From Candidatus Magasanikiibacteriota bacterium (GTDB lineage: Bacteria; Patescibacteriota; Patescibacteriia; Magasanikbacterales; 2-02-FULL-50-9b): DNA of 64,000 bases. The stretch covers positions 10,612-74,611 of the forward strand of contig CAITMK010000008.1 in NCBI GenBank assembly GCA_903893485.1, read 5' to 3'. The notes under the pieces are model-generated. The model was not told the origin of the DNA, made no database searches, and saw only the letters and a list, made by a program, of their open reading frames with translations. This document shows, in pieces, positions 18,435 to 28,893 of the stretch. How positions within the stretch are numbered: the stretch's first letter is position 1; each line of letters opens with the position of its first letter. Both the position numbers and the translations under genes were made by a program.

Positions 18435-19757
18435 ATGATTGGCGCATGGGAAACATCCCCACAAATCCAGTCATTTCCTCAAGCAATTTTACATGTCGAC
18501 GGCGATGCTTTTTTTGCCAGCTGTGAAGTTGCACTTCATCCGGATCTACGCGGCCGCCCTGTAATTACTGGCAAAGAACGCGGCATAGTTTCATCACTCT
18601 CCTACGAAGCAAAGGCGCGTGGAATTATTCGTGGTATGACACTTTATGAAGTTAAAAAAATTTGCCCCGACGCAGTCATACTCGCCAGCGACTATGAAAC
18701 TTATTCTCTGTTTTCTAAACGCATGTTTTCAATCATGCGTCGCTTCACCACACAAGTCGAAGAATATGGAATCGATGAAGGTTTTGCAGACATTACCGGC
18801 ATGCGTGGCCCACTTCATATGGACTACGAAGAAATTGCCCGCACCATGAAAAAAACAATCGATACCGAATTAGGGCTAACGGTTTCCATCGGCCTCGCAC
18901 CCACAAAATCACTTGCAAAAATGGCATCAAAGTGGCAAAAGCCGAATGGCTTTACCAGTGTTCCCGGCCGAGCCATCAATGGCTATTTAAGTGTTTTACC
19001 AATCGATAAATTGTGGGGTGTTGGCAAAAATACTGCTGCACACATGTATAAATTAAATATTAATACGGCACTTGATTTTATTAAAAAACCAATAGAATAC
19101 ATCACACAAAATTTTACCAAACCCCATCAGGAAATGTGGCACGAACTACGCGGCACACAAATCTGGCCCGTAGTCACCGAAGAAAAAAATACCTATGCGT
19201 CAATTTCAAAAACAAAGACATTTACCCCAGCATCAGATGATGCCCGTATTTTACTCGCCCAACTTACCCGCAATTTAGAAAATGCTTGCATCAAAGCACG
19301 TCGCCATAATTTAGTCGCCAAACGTTTTACTATTTATTTACGTACACAAGATTTCAAGAGCAGCGCACTTGAATGTAAACTTACGCGCGCAACAAATTTC
19401 CCGCATGATCTACTCCCATACTTACAAAAATTAGCGGCAGATCTCATCAATAAAAATATAAAATATCGCGCAACTGGAATTATTTTATCAGAACTTACTC
19501 CAGAATCAAATATCCAAACCACACTTTTTGAGTTGCCAACCACCATAGAAAAAATGCAACGTATTTATGCTGCCGTTGATCAACTTAGCGCAGATTTTGG
19601 CAAACATGTTGTGCATCTTGGCGGTTCTCAACTTTCATTTACGCGCCCACAATATGCGCCCGGCCGCACACGCGAAACTGCGCGCTCTACCGCACCATTT
19701 CACGGCGAAACTGCTCGTCAACATTTACGTATTCCCCGATTAGCAATCATCGTATAA
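18435..19757 (+). CDS. dinB: Y-family DNA polymerase (DinB/Pol IV-like)
   Basis: ILHVDGDAFFASCE and GIDEGFADITG motifs; starts 2 nt after lexA stop. Confidence 0.85.
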   Translation: MIGAWETSPQIQSFPQAILHVDGDAFFASCEVALHPDLRGRPVITGKERGIVSSLSYEAKARGIIRGMTLYEVKKICPDAVILASDYETYSLFSKRMFSIMRRFTTQVEEYGIDEGFADITGMRGPLHMDYEEIARTMKKTIDTELGLTVSIGLAPTKSLAKMASKWQKPNGFTSVPGRAINGYLSVLPIDKLWGVGKNTAAHMYKLNINTALDFIKKPIEYITQNFTKPHQEMWHELRGTQIWPVVTEEKNTYASISKTKTFTPASDDARILLAQLTRNLENACIKARRHNLVAKRFTIYLRTQDFKSSALECKLTRATNFPHDLLPYLQKLAADLINKNIKYRATGIILSELTPESNIQTTLFELPTTIEKMQRIYAAVDQLSADFGKHVVHLGGSQLSFTRPQYAPGRTRETARSTAPFHGETARQHLRIPRLAIIV

Positions 19758-19766
19758 TAAACCTAT

Positions 19767-20156
19767 ATGCAAAACCTTACCGATGCAGAGTGGAAACAAA
19801 AATTAACACCCGAAGAATACTCAGTGCTTCGCGAAAAAAGTACTGAAGCACCATTTACTGGCGAATATTGGAACACCCGAGAACCCGGCACATACCTATG
19901 TCGCGCATGTGGTGCAGAACTATTCGATGCTGAAACAAAATTTGACGCACATTGCGGTTGGCCAAGTTTCTTCACAGCCAAAGCCGCTGACAAAATTAAA
20001 CTAACACCCGACAACAGTCATGACATGCACCGCACCGAAGTGACTTGCGCCAACTGTGGCAGCCACCTTGGTCATCTCTTCAACGATGGCCCTGAACCAA
20101 CTGGCGAGCGCTACTGTATTAACTCAATCTCACTAAAATTAAAAAAGAGCCCGTAG
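19767..20156 (+). CDS. msrB: peptide methionine sulfoxide reductase B
   Basis: two CxxC pairs (CRACGAELF; CANCGSHLGHLF) and HCGWPSF. Confidence 0.9.
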   Translation: MQNLTDAEWKQKLTPEEYSVLREKSTEAPFTGEYWNTREPGTYLCRACGAELFDAETKFDAHCGWPSFFTAKAADKIKLTPDNSHDMHRTEVTCANCGSHLGHLFNDGPEPTGERYCINSISLKLKKSP

Positions 20157-20172
20157 GCTCTTTTTTAAAAAT
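20145..20172. terminator. bidirectional intrinsic terminator
   Basis: AAGAGCCCGTAGGCTCTTTTTTAAAAA between convergent msrB and nrdA. Confidence 0.6.
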
Positions 20173-20173
20173 C

Positions 20174-22084
20174 TTATTGGCAAACCGCGCATTCCTCATT
20201 CGCAAAATCTCTTTGCACTGCCCGGTTACCATCCACGCGTTCAGCTTCAATTGGCGCCGCACTACGCAGATAGTACAAAGTCTTTACGCCCGCTTTCCAT
20301 GCCAAAAAGTGCACCTCATTCAAATACTTACCACTAATTGGCGTTGGGAAAAACACATTCAGCGACTGCGCCTGATCAATATATGGTTGGCGATCAGCTG
20401 CTTGCTGCACAATTTCGCGCATATTCATTTCGTATGCTGTACGAAAAACCGCTTTTTCTTCATCACTCAAACAATCTAATCCCTGCACACTCCCCTTCAT
20501 TGCAATAACCTCCTTCCAAATTTCTTGATTATTCAATCCCTTTTTTTCAAGCAACTGTTCCAAATATTTATTTTTCACCAAGAAACTGCCCGACAAAGTT
20601 TTTTGCAAATAAGCATTTCCAGAAATTGGTTCAACGCATGGCGTTGTCTCACCACAAATAAATGCAGTACTTGCCGTTGGTTGCACTGACGTAACATAGG
20701 AATTGCGCTGTGTGCCGCCATCAAGTGGCAACCCGCGTTCTTCACCCAACTTTTTCGATGCTGCGCGCGCACTTTCACCAAACTTTTTGAAAATTTCCTT
20801 GTTCACATTACGTGCCAACAAACTTTCAAATGGCAAATTGCGTTTCATGAGAAGTCCATGATATCCCATAACGCCCAAACCAATTGAACGTTCGTGCTTC
20901 ACAGAATTAATCGCTTTTTGATATTCTTTGCTTGGCGCCATTTCGCAAAAAGAATCCAAATTATTATCCAACGCCTTCGCACAAATGTATGTGATGTGAT
21001 CAATCTGATCATTCCATTCGTCCCACTTCTCTAAATTCAAATTACCCAAACAGCAAACCGCGGTGCGCTCCTCATTAGTTGGCAAAACAATTTCGGTACA
21101 CAAATTACTTTGGCGAACAAACAATCCCAAATCTTTGTGATGCTGTGGTACCTCTTTATTCACGGTATCAATAAACACCATGTATGGCTCACCGGTTTCC
21201 GCGCGCGTCGTTAATAATTTACGCCACACATCAACCGCGTTCAAACGGCCGGCAACTGTTTTGTAGTGTGGATCAATCAAATCATATTCGCGATTTTCTT
21301 CAACCGCTTTCATGAATTCATCGGTGATCACGACACCATTATTAATATTCAAACATTTGCGATCTTGATCCGCGCCCGTTGGCTTGCGAACTTCAATAAA
21401 ATCTTCAATATCTGGATGATCAACACGTAAATACGCCGCCGCAGCACCACGACGAATACCGTTGCGCGAAATCGCAATAGTTTCTGAATCCATGATTTTC
21501 AAAAATGGAATCACGCCAGAAGATTTCAAACCACTTGCCTGCAACGGTGCGTTTGAACCGCGCAAAGCTGACCAATCAGTCCCAATACCGCCACCATATT
21601 TTGCCAAAAACGCATTCTCGCGATAAATATCAAAAATGCCTTCCAATGTATCTGGCACCATGTTAAGAAAACATGAAATTGGTAAACCTTTGCTTGTACC
21701 AATATTCATCAAAACCGGCGTCGATGGTGTAAACCACTGACGACTCATAATATCGTACAATTCCTGTGCCAATGCCAAGTCACCGCGACACATACCCGTT
21801 GCAACGCGCGCAAAAAATGTTTGTACATTTTCACAAATCGCATCATTTGCATCGTGCAAAAAATAACGATCGCGTAAATTTTCCAAACCAAAATAAGTCA
21901 TGATGCCATCGCGGCTATGATCAATTACGATTTTTTCTTGCAGCGCACGATCCGCCGTGTAGTGTGGGCAATCCCAACTTCCTTTTCCTTTTGTGGTTTC
22001 CATGATTTCTGCAAGCAGTAAATCGCGAGCCGAACCTAAATCGTTGTGAGACAATGCATCAATGACCGAAGAATAGTTTGCCAT
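20174..22084 (-). CDS. nrdA: ribonucleoside-diphosphate reductase, alpha subunit (class I)
   Basis: NLCTEI active-site motif, YYLRS, C-terminal CxxC tail. Confidence 0.9.
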   Translation of the reverse strand: MANYSSVIDALSHNDLGSARDLLLAEIMETTKGKGSWDCPHYTADRALQEKIVIDHSRDGIMTYFGLENLRDRYFLHDANDAICENVQTFFARVATGMCRGDLALAQELYDIMSRQWFTPSTPVLMNIGTSKGLPISCFLNMVPDTLEGIFDIYRENAFLAKYGGGIGTDWSALRGSNAPLQASGLKSSGVIPFLKIMDSETIAISRNGIRRGAAAAYLRVDHPDIEDFIEVRKPTGADQDRKCLNINNGVVITDEFMKAVEENREYDLIDPHYKTVAGRLNAVDVWRKLLTTRAETGEPYMVFIDTVNKEVPQHHKDLGLFVRQSNLCTEIVLPTNEERTAVCCLGNLNLEKWDEWNDQIDHITYICAKALDNNLDSFCEMAPSKEYQKAINSVKHERSIGLGVMGYHGLLMKRNLPFESLLARNVNKEIFKKFGESARAASKKLGEERGLPLDGGTQRNSYVTSVQPTASTAFICGETTPCVEPISGNAYLQKTLSGSFLVKNKYLEQLLEKKGLNNQEIWKEVIAMKGSVQGLDCLSDEEKAVFRTAYEMNMREIVQQAADRQPYIDQAQSLNVFFPTPISGKYLNEVHFLAWKAGVKTLYYLRSAAPIEAERVDGNRAVQRDFANEECAVCQ

Positions 22085-22096
22085 ATTTTAATTTAA

Positions 22097-23068
22097 TTAT
22101 GCCCAATCATTTACAATAGCGCCTTTTGAATATTCCGTAGCACGGTTTTCAAAGAAGTTTGCGTGTTCTTTTGCATTTACCATTACGTCGAGCCATTCTA
22201 ATGGATTTTTCTGTACGTGATAAATTGGGTCCAAACCCAGATCACCTAATTTACGATCTGCAATATATCGAATATAACCCTTCACCTCTTCTGGATCTAA
22301 GCCAGGAACCGCGCCCATCGAAAAACAGGTGTCGATAAACGCATCTTCCAGACGAACCATCTCGCGACAAGCCTCAACCAATTTTGCGCGCAGCTCTGGT
22401 GTCCACAATGATTTATTTTCAGAAATATAATCGCGGAACAACTGACACACACCACGGCTATGTAACGTCTCATCGCGAATTGACCAGGTAACAATTTGGC
22501 CAACGCCACGAAGCTTGCCCAAACGTGGAAAATTCATGAGAATTGCAAACGAAGAAAATAAACTTACCCCTTCCATGAACCCGCCAAACACTGCCAAGTT
22601 CATCGCTAATTCTTCTGGATGCGTAATATCAAAGTTCTGCAGATACTGATATTTGTTGCGCATGGATTCGTACTGCAAAAACGCAGAATACTCTTGCTCT
22701 GGCAACCCAAGCGAATCATTCAAATATGAATATGCCCACACATGAATACTTTCCATGGCAGCAAACGCCGATAGCATCATTTTAATTTCTGGTTTTGGAA
22801 ACGCAGGAATTAAACGTGTGTTGTAATTATTATTAACCTCCAAATCGCCCTGCGTAAAAAAACGTAAAATCTGAATAATCAGATTTTTTTCTGGTTCAGA
22901 CAATCGAAAACGATAATCATTAATATCTGACTCCATTGGAACTTCTGTTGGCATCCAATGTGCTTGATTTTGTTTTTTGAACAATTCAAAGTACTGCGGA
23001 TATTCAAATGGGCGGTAGACAGCGCGCGGTGTTAAGAGCGAGCAGCTGTTCAATAAGGTGCTATTCAT
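22097..23068 (-). CDS. nrdB: ribonucleoside-diphosphate reductase, beta subunit
   Basis: di-iron/tyrosyl-radical region FAAMESIHVWAYSY; start chosen at MNSTLL (track ORF to 23134). Confidence 0.85.
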   Translation of the reverse strand: MNSTLLNSCSLLTPRAVYRPFEYPQYFELFKKQNQAHWMPTEVPMESDINDYRFRLSEPEKNLIIQILRFFTQGDLEVNNNYNTRLIPAFPKPEIKMMLSAFAAMESIHVWAYSYLNDSLGLPEQEYSAFLQYESMRNKYQYLQNFDITHPEELAMNLAVFGGFMEGVSLFSSFAILMNFPRLGKLRGVGQIVTWSIRDETLHSRGVCQLFRDYISENKSLWTPELRAKLVEACREMVRLEDAFIDTCFSMGAVPGLDPEEVKGYIRYIADRKLGDLGLDPIYHVQKNPLEWLDVMVNAKEHANFFENRATEYSKGAIVNDWA

Positions 23069-23118
23069 ATTTGGAGGAGTGCACGAGCAATTATACGTTG
23101 CAATTGCCAATCTGTGAA

Positions 23119-23158
23119 TGTGGATAAATGGCACATGTTGTGCACAGGTTTATCCACA
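23119..23158. promoter_or_regulatory. inverted pair of perfect DnaA boxes upstream of nrdB
   Basis: TGTGGATAA (23119..23127) and TTATCCACA (23150..23158) flanking a palindromic TGTGCACA core. Confidence 0.5.
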
Positions 23159-23232
23159 TACCACTATATGTAGTGTTTCGACCAAAATTATTGCTTTTGT
23201 CAAAAAAGGGCGTATACTAAAAAAACTCTCTT

Positions 23233-24351
23233 ATGAAAATAAAATTTTTAGCAGTTTTGATAGGCCTTTTTGTGTGGGCAGCGCCCGTTTCAATCGCACA
23301 CGCAGCAACTTCAGTCGCCGCACCAAGCCCAGATGAATACTATAAAGGTACGGTCGTGCACATTATCAAAGAAATCAAAAAACCAGGCACCGAATTATAC
23401 TCTCAAGATGTTGAGGTACGCCTAACCACAGGCCCTGAAACCGACAAACTAGTGCCGCTCAATTACGGCGGTTCAGATGCAATAACAGCCAAACAAAAGG
23501 TAGTCGTTGGCGACAAAGTCGTCATTATTCGTGTGTTAGATGCCACAACCAATGCACCAACCTACTATTTATCCGATTTTGATCGTCTCCCCTGGCTTTA
23601 TGGGTTTATTATTTTCTTTTTTGTAATAGCTTGTATCTTTGGTGGTCGTCGCGGCATCACCTCTTTGGGTGGATTAGTCTCAACGGTCGCAATTTTGCTC
23701 CTATATATTGTACCTCGCATTATTGCGGGCGATTCCCCAGTTACCACAGTACTCATTGGATCAGCTGCGATTATTCTGTTTTCGATGTTTTTTGCACATG
23801 GAATTAACCGCCAAACGGCGGTGGCTGTTGTCAGCACATTTGGCACCATCATTTTCGCAATTGGCTTTGCAGCACTTGCCATTAAACTAGCCCACATGTT
23901 TGGAACCGGCAGCGAAGAGGCTATGTATATCCAGCTTAATAATGCTGGCACGCTCGATGTGCGGGGCGTGCTGCTCGGCGGCATGATTATTGGTACGATT
24001 GGCGTACTCGATGATGTTACGACCGCCCAGACGGCCGCAGCAGCCGAAATTCACGATGCAAAACCAGGCATGCACTTTACCGAACTCTTCACCCGCGTTA
24101 TGCGCGTTGGCCGCGAGCACATTGCATCGCTGGTAAACACTCTTGTTTTAGCATACGCTGGCGCATCATTCCCACTTTTCTTACTTCTTTACTCCACCCG
24201 CGATGCGCAACCACTTTGGGTAGTCTTTAACAGTCAGCAGTTGGCCGAAGAAATCACTAGAACCGTTGTAGGCAGCGTAACTTTAGTCTTGGCCGTGCCG
24301 CTTTCCAGTGCCCTGGCCGCATGGTACTATACACGCCACAACAAAACCTAA
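23233..24351 (+). CDS. YibE/F-family membrane protein
   Basis: signal peptide, soluble N-domain then about 8 TM helices; resembles YibE/F family by memory. Confidence 0.7.
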   Translation: MKIKFLAVLIGLFVWAAPVSIAHAATSVAAPSPDEYYKGTVVHIIKEIKKPGTELYSQDVEVRLTTGPETDKLVPLNYGGSDAITAKQKVVVGDKVVIIRVLDATTNAPTYYLSDFDRLPWLYGFIIFFFVIACIFGGRRGITSLGGLVSTVAILLLYIVPRIIAGDSPVTTVLIGSAAIILFSMFFAHGINRQTAVAVVSTFGTIIFAIGFAALAIKLAHMFGTGSEEAMYIQLNNAGTLDVRGVLLGGMIIGTIGVLDDVTTAQTAAAAEIHDAKPGMHFTELFTRVMRVGREHIASLVNTLVLAYAGASFPLFLLLYSTRDAQPLWVVFNSQQLAEEITRTVVGSVTLVLAVPLSSALAAWYYTRHNKT

Positions 24352-24352
24352 T

Positions 24353-25486
24353 ATGTCTGTATTTGATGAATCAGTCGCATTGCACGAAAAGTTTCATGGA
24401 AAAATTGAACTAACAACAAAGGTTCCGCTTGAAAACATGCACGACTTGTCATTGGCCTACACACCGGGCGTGGCGCAAGTGTGCCGCGAAATTGCCGCAG
24501 ACCCAGAAAAAGCTTACGTGCTTACCCCAAAATCAAACTTAGTCGCAGTTGTTTCCGACGGATCCGCGATTTTGGGCCTTGGTAATTTGGGCGCCGCAGC
24601 TGCAATCCCTGTTATGGAAGGCAAAGCCGCACTTTTCAAAAAATTTGCAGAAATTGATGCGTTTCCAATTTGCTTGGACACACAAAACGTCGATGAAATT
24701 GTTGAAACCGTGGTACACATTGCACCAGTTTTTGGCGGTATCAACCTAGAAGATATTTCTGCGCCCCGATGCTTTGAAGTCGAACGTCGCTTAAAGGCAC
24801 TTTTGCAAATTCCCGTGATGCACGATGATCAACATGGCACCGCAACGGTTGTTTTAGCAGCACTTATTAATGCGCTCACGCTGCGTGACATTACCGCTGC
24901 AGAAACTCGCGTGGTAATTAGTGGCGCAGGTGCGGCTGGCACTGCAATTGCAGAACTGCTTTTGGCGTATGGCGTACAAAATATTATTGTATGCGATAGC
25001 AAAGGAATTATTAGTATTGATCGTACTGATTTAAACGAAGAAAAAATTAGTTTAGCAAAAATTACCAACGCTGAAAAATTATCTGGCGGGCTTGCAGAAG
25101 CTTTACGGGGCGCACACGTATTTATCGGCGTAAGCGCTGCGGGTGCTTTATCCGCTTCACTTATTCCAACCATGGCCGAGCGCCCGATCATCATGGCAAT
25201 GGCAAATCCAGTTCCTGAAATTATGCCAGACGAAGCGCTTGCTGCTGGCGCATTCATTGTTGCCACAGGCCGCTCGGATTTTCCAAATCAAATTAACAAT
25301 GTACTAGCATTTCCGGGCATTTTCCGTGGTGCACTTGATCATCGCGTACGTGATATTACCAACGCAATGCTTGTGCAAGCTGCAAAAAATATTGCGGCTT
25401 GTGTTGCGAATCCAACAACCGAAGAAATTATTCCATCGGCGTTTGATATGTCAGTGGTTCCAGCGGTTGCAATTGCAATTAAATAG
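24353..25486 (+). CDS. NAD(P)-dependent malic enzyme (short form)
   Basis: LAYTPGVA, VVSDGSAILGLGNLG, GINLEDI, Rossmann GAGAAG. Confidence 0.85.
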   Translation: MSVFDESVALHEKFHGKIELTTKVPLENMHDLSLAYTPGVAQVCREIAADPEKAYVLTPKSNLVAVVSDGSAILGLGNLGAAAAIPVMEGKAALFKKFAEIDAFPICLDTQNVDEIVETVVHIAPVFGGINLEDISAPRCFEVERRLKALLQIPVMHDDQHGTATVVLAALINALTLRDITAAETRVVISGAGAAGTAIAELLLAYGVQNIIVCDSKGIISIDRTDLNEEKISLAKITNAEKLSGGLAEALRGAHVFIGVSAAGALSASLIPTMAERPIIMAMANPVPEIMPDEALAAGAFIVATGRSDFPNQINNVLAFPGIFRGALDHRVRDITNAMLVQAAKNIAACVANPTTEEIIPSAFDMSVVPAVAIAIK

Positions 25487-27122
25487 ACTTAACGGCCGTT
25501 TGTAGGCGAGCATTTACACGATCAGCCCCCATAACAGTCATCATTTCATACAAATCAGGCGTATTTGTGCGCTTTGTAAGCGCCATACGCAAAACTCCCG
25601 CGACATCACCAATATGACCGCGATACTTTTCTGGAGCCGCCTTAAAAGTTTTGGTATCAGCAGCAAAACCTTGTACTTCTGCAAATACGCGTAAATTTTC
25701 GAGCCATTTTTCTGCTCCCACGGACAAATCGGGTGCATAATTTTCCAAAACTGATTTTGCAACTTCTGACGATTTCCATTCATATGCATCGGCTACATAT
25801 AATTCGTCAAAGAAAAATGCAAGTTGCGCTGGTGCATCAGACCATTTTGCCAAATCCTTACGACGCTTTTCGTTGTCACGCTCGATTCCCAAAATCGCTT
25901 TAACATATTCTGGTGCCGCTTCAAGGCGCGCACTAAAATCCAAATCAAATTCTGCTGCCCATTTTTGTAGCGCTTCAAAAATTTCATCAACGCTCATGCG
26001 CGCAACGATGCGTTTGCTAATGTCATTTAATTTAACCAAATCAAACAGCGCGCCACTGGTATTTGCTTTTGATAAATCAATTTTAAAATCTGCGTATGGC
26101 GCATCAGGGTTCGCAGCGCGCCAATCTTCAAAACTCGAATTCGCCAAATTTAATAAATATTCCACGACCGCATCTTTTGGATAACCAGCGGCAACGTAAA
26201 AAGCAACATTTGCTTCGGGATCTTTGCGCTTACTCAGTTTGCGGCGGCTTGCGCCATCAACTTTAGTGATTGGCGCGATATGCGCATATTTTGGCAACGT
26301 CCATCCCATACGTGCAAATAATTCTACGTGCAATGGTGCCGACGGCAACCATTCATCACCGCGAATTACCATGGTGGTTTTCATGAAGGTGTCGTCCACC
26401 GCATGCGCCCAATGATAGGTTGGATATCCATCTGACTTGAGCAACACCGCATCCTGATCATTTTCAGTTAACATGAGCTTGCCTTTGATTTCGTCAACAA
26501 ACTGAAATTTCTTAAGCCCATCACCGTTGGCGCGCAAACGAATCGCAAAGGTTTTGCCCGCGGCCAAAGCAGCCGCAACATCATCCGCAGACATGTCGCG
26601 ATGTTTTGCCCAAGCGCCATAATAGCCAGTTTTAATTTTTTGTAGTTCCTGTTGCTCACGAGCTGCAGATAATTCTTCGCCTGTACAAAAACATGGATAT
26701 GCAAAACCCCGGCGCACTAATTCTTTTATGCACGCACGATAAAGTGATAATCGCTGGCTCTGGATATAAGGACCGTATTCTCCAACCTGGGTCATGTCTG
26801 GTAAAACACCTTCATCAACATGCAAACCAAACTTTGCCAAACCTTGAGCGATCAACTCAACGCCGTTTTCAATTTCGCGTTCTTTATCGGTGTCTTCGAT
26901 ACGCAAAATAAAAGTTCCACGGGTTTGATGTGCGATGCGCTCTGAAAAAAGCGCTGCATAAATTGCGCCAATATGTAAAAATCCTGTTGGACTTGGAGCA
27001 TAGCGAGTTACTTCGCAGCCCGCTGCTAATGCGCGTGCTGGCACTGTTGCAAGTAAATTTTCAGGCAATTCCGTAACGTCAGGAAATAAAAGATTGGCCA
27101 ATTGTTCGCTCATATAGGCCAA
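25479..27122 (-). CDS. gltX: glutamate--tRNA ligase
   Basis: class I HIGA (HIGH) and KLSKR (KMSKS) motifs; PSPTGFLHIG. Confidence 0.85.
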   Translation of the reverse strand: MAYMSEQLANLLFPDVTELPENLLATVPARALAAGCEVTRYAPSPTGFLHIGAIYAALFSERIAHQTRGTFILRIEDTDKEREIENGVELIAQGLAKFGLHVDEGVLPDMTQVGEYGPYIQSQRLSLYRACIKELVRRGFAYPCFCTGEELSAAREQQELQKIKTGYYGAWAKHRDMSADDVAAALAAGKTFAIRLRANGDGLKKFQFVDEIKGKLMLTENDQDAVLLKSDGYPTYHWAHAVDDTFMKTTMVIRGDEWLPSAPLHVELFARMGWTLPKYAHIAPITKVDGASRRKLSKRKDPEANVAFYVAAGYPKDAVVEYLLNLANSSFEDWRAANPDAPYADFKIDLSKANTSGALFDLVKLNDISKRIVARMSVDEIFEALQKWAAEFDLDFSARLEAAPEYVKAILGIERDNEKRRKDLAKWSDAPAQLAFFFDELYVADAYEWKSSEVAKSVLENYAPDLSVGAEKWLENLRVFAEVQGFAADTKTFKAAPEKYRGHIGDVAGVLRMALTKRTNTPDLYEMMTVMGADRVNARLQTAVKSI

Positions 27123-27133
27123 TACTACCTGTT

Positions 27134-27517
27134 TTAGGCTGTTTTTACAAGTCTCTTAAAGGTAAGCGGCAAATGCAAAACGTAAGCCAGTAACAACGCA
27201 TTGGTTAAAAACACCAAAACCTCTAAAAATGGAACAGTTTCGCGTAAAATACTGATGAATTGTATAAAAAAATCACCAGTTAATTCAAAATTTTCCCAAA
27301 CAATATTCATGAGCGTTAAAAATTCAGCTTCACTGAGCTTGGTCCAAACACGCATGCCGGTAAAAATTAAATTTATGGACAAAAGCAAAATCACCACCAC
27401 AAAAGGTGTACGAAACTTCAAAAAAACCAGCTGCTTCATGATTTTACCATGTAAGCCTGGCGGGAATTTGATGTTAGCTATTTCATCTATGACCGTGCTC
27501 AATTCCTTTTCTGACAT
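27134..27517 (-). CDS. small membrane protein, possible anti-sigma factor
   Basis: 1-2 TM helices, immediately downstream of ECF sigma gene. Confidence 0.35.
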   Translation of the reverse strand: MSEKELSTVIDEIANIKFPPGLHGKIMKQLVFLKFRTPFVVVILLLSINLIFTGMRVWTKLSEAEFLTLMNIVWENFELTGDFFIQFISILRETVPFLEVLVFLTNALLLAYVLHLPLTFKRLVKTA

Positions 27518-27518
27518 A

Positions 27519-28079
27519 TTATTTATTTTCTATGGCCATTTTTAAAGCCTCGCGCGCGCGCCGTAATTGCGTTTTCACTGTATTTTCGGGCACCTGAAGC
27601 GTTTCCGATATCTCTTCGCAACTAAGTTCTTCCTTGTAAAAAAGTAAAAGCACGTTGCGGTAAGCCGGCTTTATTTTTGCCAGTGCCGCGTTCACATCAA
27701 CTCCTGCCTCTATACTTATATACGTATTCTTTTCATCTTTCGTTTCAAAATTACTTTCTGGATCATCGATGATTGTCATTTCCTTGGCGCCAATGCTTCG
27801 TTTGTGGCGCAAATAATCATAAACGGTGTTGGTGGCAATGGTAAAAAGCCATGTTTTAAATCCACGACCCGCCTCATACTTTGGCAAATTCTTATATAAT
27901 TTAATAAAAATTTCCTGCGTTAAATCCTCAGCATCGTCACCATTTCCAACCATTTGAACAACATATCTAAAAATTTGCTTTTCAAAAAGGGTGAGCAGCT
28001 GTTCAAAAGCCAAAAGGTCGCCCCCGCGGGCGACCTCCAAGATTTTCTCTAATTCGGTCTGAGAAGACTCTTGTTTCAT
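27519..28079 (-). CDS. ECF-type sigma-70 factor
   Basis: region 2 (DLTQEIFIKLY) and region 4 HTH (LSCEEISETLQVPENTVKTQLRRARE). Confidence 0.85.
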   Translation of the reverse strand: MKQESSQTELEKILEVARGGDLLAFEQLLTLFEKQIFRYVVQMVGNGDDAEDLTQEIFIKLYKNLPKYEAGRGFKTWLFTIATNTVYDYLRHKRSIGAKEMTIIDDPESNFETKDEKNTYISIEAGVDVNAALAKIKPAYRNVLLLFYKEELSCEEISETLQVPENTVKTQLRRAREALKMAIENK

Positions 28080-28498
28080 TATGGAGCGGTTGTTGCAGAC
28101 AAAATTGATGTAACCGCAAAGCTACTAATTGCGTACGCAGCAGCAATTACAACTAAACCAATAACTGCATTTTTGATGATATCTTTTGCGGTTTGAACCT
28201 GTTTGCTGTCGCCTTGTGCGGTCATCCATTCAAAACCACCATAAACAGCGAGAGCCAAGAAAATAACACCGAGGAAGCCCAATACGATGTTAATAATACG
28301 ACCGACTAATTCTGGTAACGTAATTGTAGTTGCAACACCTGCCTGACCACCTGCAGCAGCCAAATTATTTTGAGCAGCAGTAACCGGTGAAGTTGGTGCT
28401 GTTGCAGCCTGTGCAAAAGTTGTGCTAACGCTTACTAACATGGTTGCTGCTACGGCTGCAGCTGAAACACCGTATGAAATTTTTTGGATGAGTGTCAT
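28079..28498 (-). CDS. T4SS-type pilin-like protein (TrbC/VirB2-like small secreted membrane protein)
   Basis: signal peptide, two hydrophobic helices, core YGGFEWMTAQGD; family assigned from motif by memory, not computed. Confidence 0.6.
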   Translation of the reverse strand: MTLIQKISYGVSAAAVAATMLVSVSTTFAQAATAPTSPVTAAQNNLAAAGGQAGVATTITLPELVGRIINIVLGFLGVIFLALAVYGGFEWMTAQGDSKQVQTAKDIIKNAVIGLVVIAAAYAISSFAVTSILSATTAP

Positions 28499-28562
28499 AG
28501 CATTTAAATATGAAATTATTATAGCACAATTTTTTGTCCTGTGGATACTATTTTGTCAAACC

Positions 28563-28883
28563 TTAGGGCTGCGGATTCGTAGCGCCCATAATCGCGGTGA
28601 GAATAAAGGTACTGATCGCATACGCTGCCCCAACGATAACCAAACCAATAATAACATTCTGTAATGTTTCTTTGGCCTGCGTCACTTGCTTTGCGTCACC
28701 GCGCGCCGTGAGCCATAAAAAACCTGCATATATGCCATACCCAAAAACGATGAGGCCAATTAAACCCAGAGCAAGACTAATAATATTACCCGCAAGTACC
28801 GGCAAAGCAACGGCAGGTGTGCCATAGCCTCTTGTGCCGGCGGTGTTTACTGATGCTCCTACGTCAGACCAGGATGATGCCAT
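28563..28883 (-). CDS. T4SS-type pilin-like protein (no obvious signal peptide)
   Basis: core YAGFLWLTARGDAKQV plus hydrophobic helices. Confidence 0.5.
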   Translation of the reverse strand: MASSWSDVGASVNTAGTRGYGTPAVALPVLAGNIISLALGLIGLIVFGYGIYAGFLWLTARGDAKQVTQAKETLQNVIIGLVIVGAAYAISTFILTAIMGATNPQP

Positions 28884-28893
28884 ACAGAAATAA

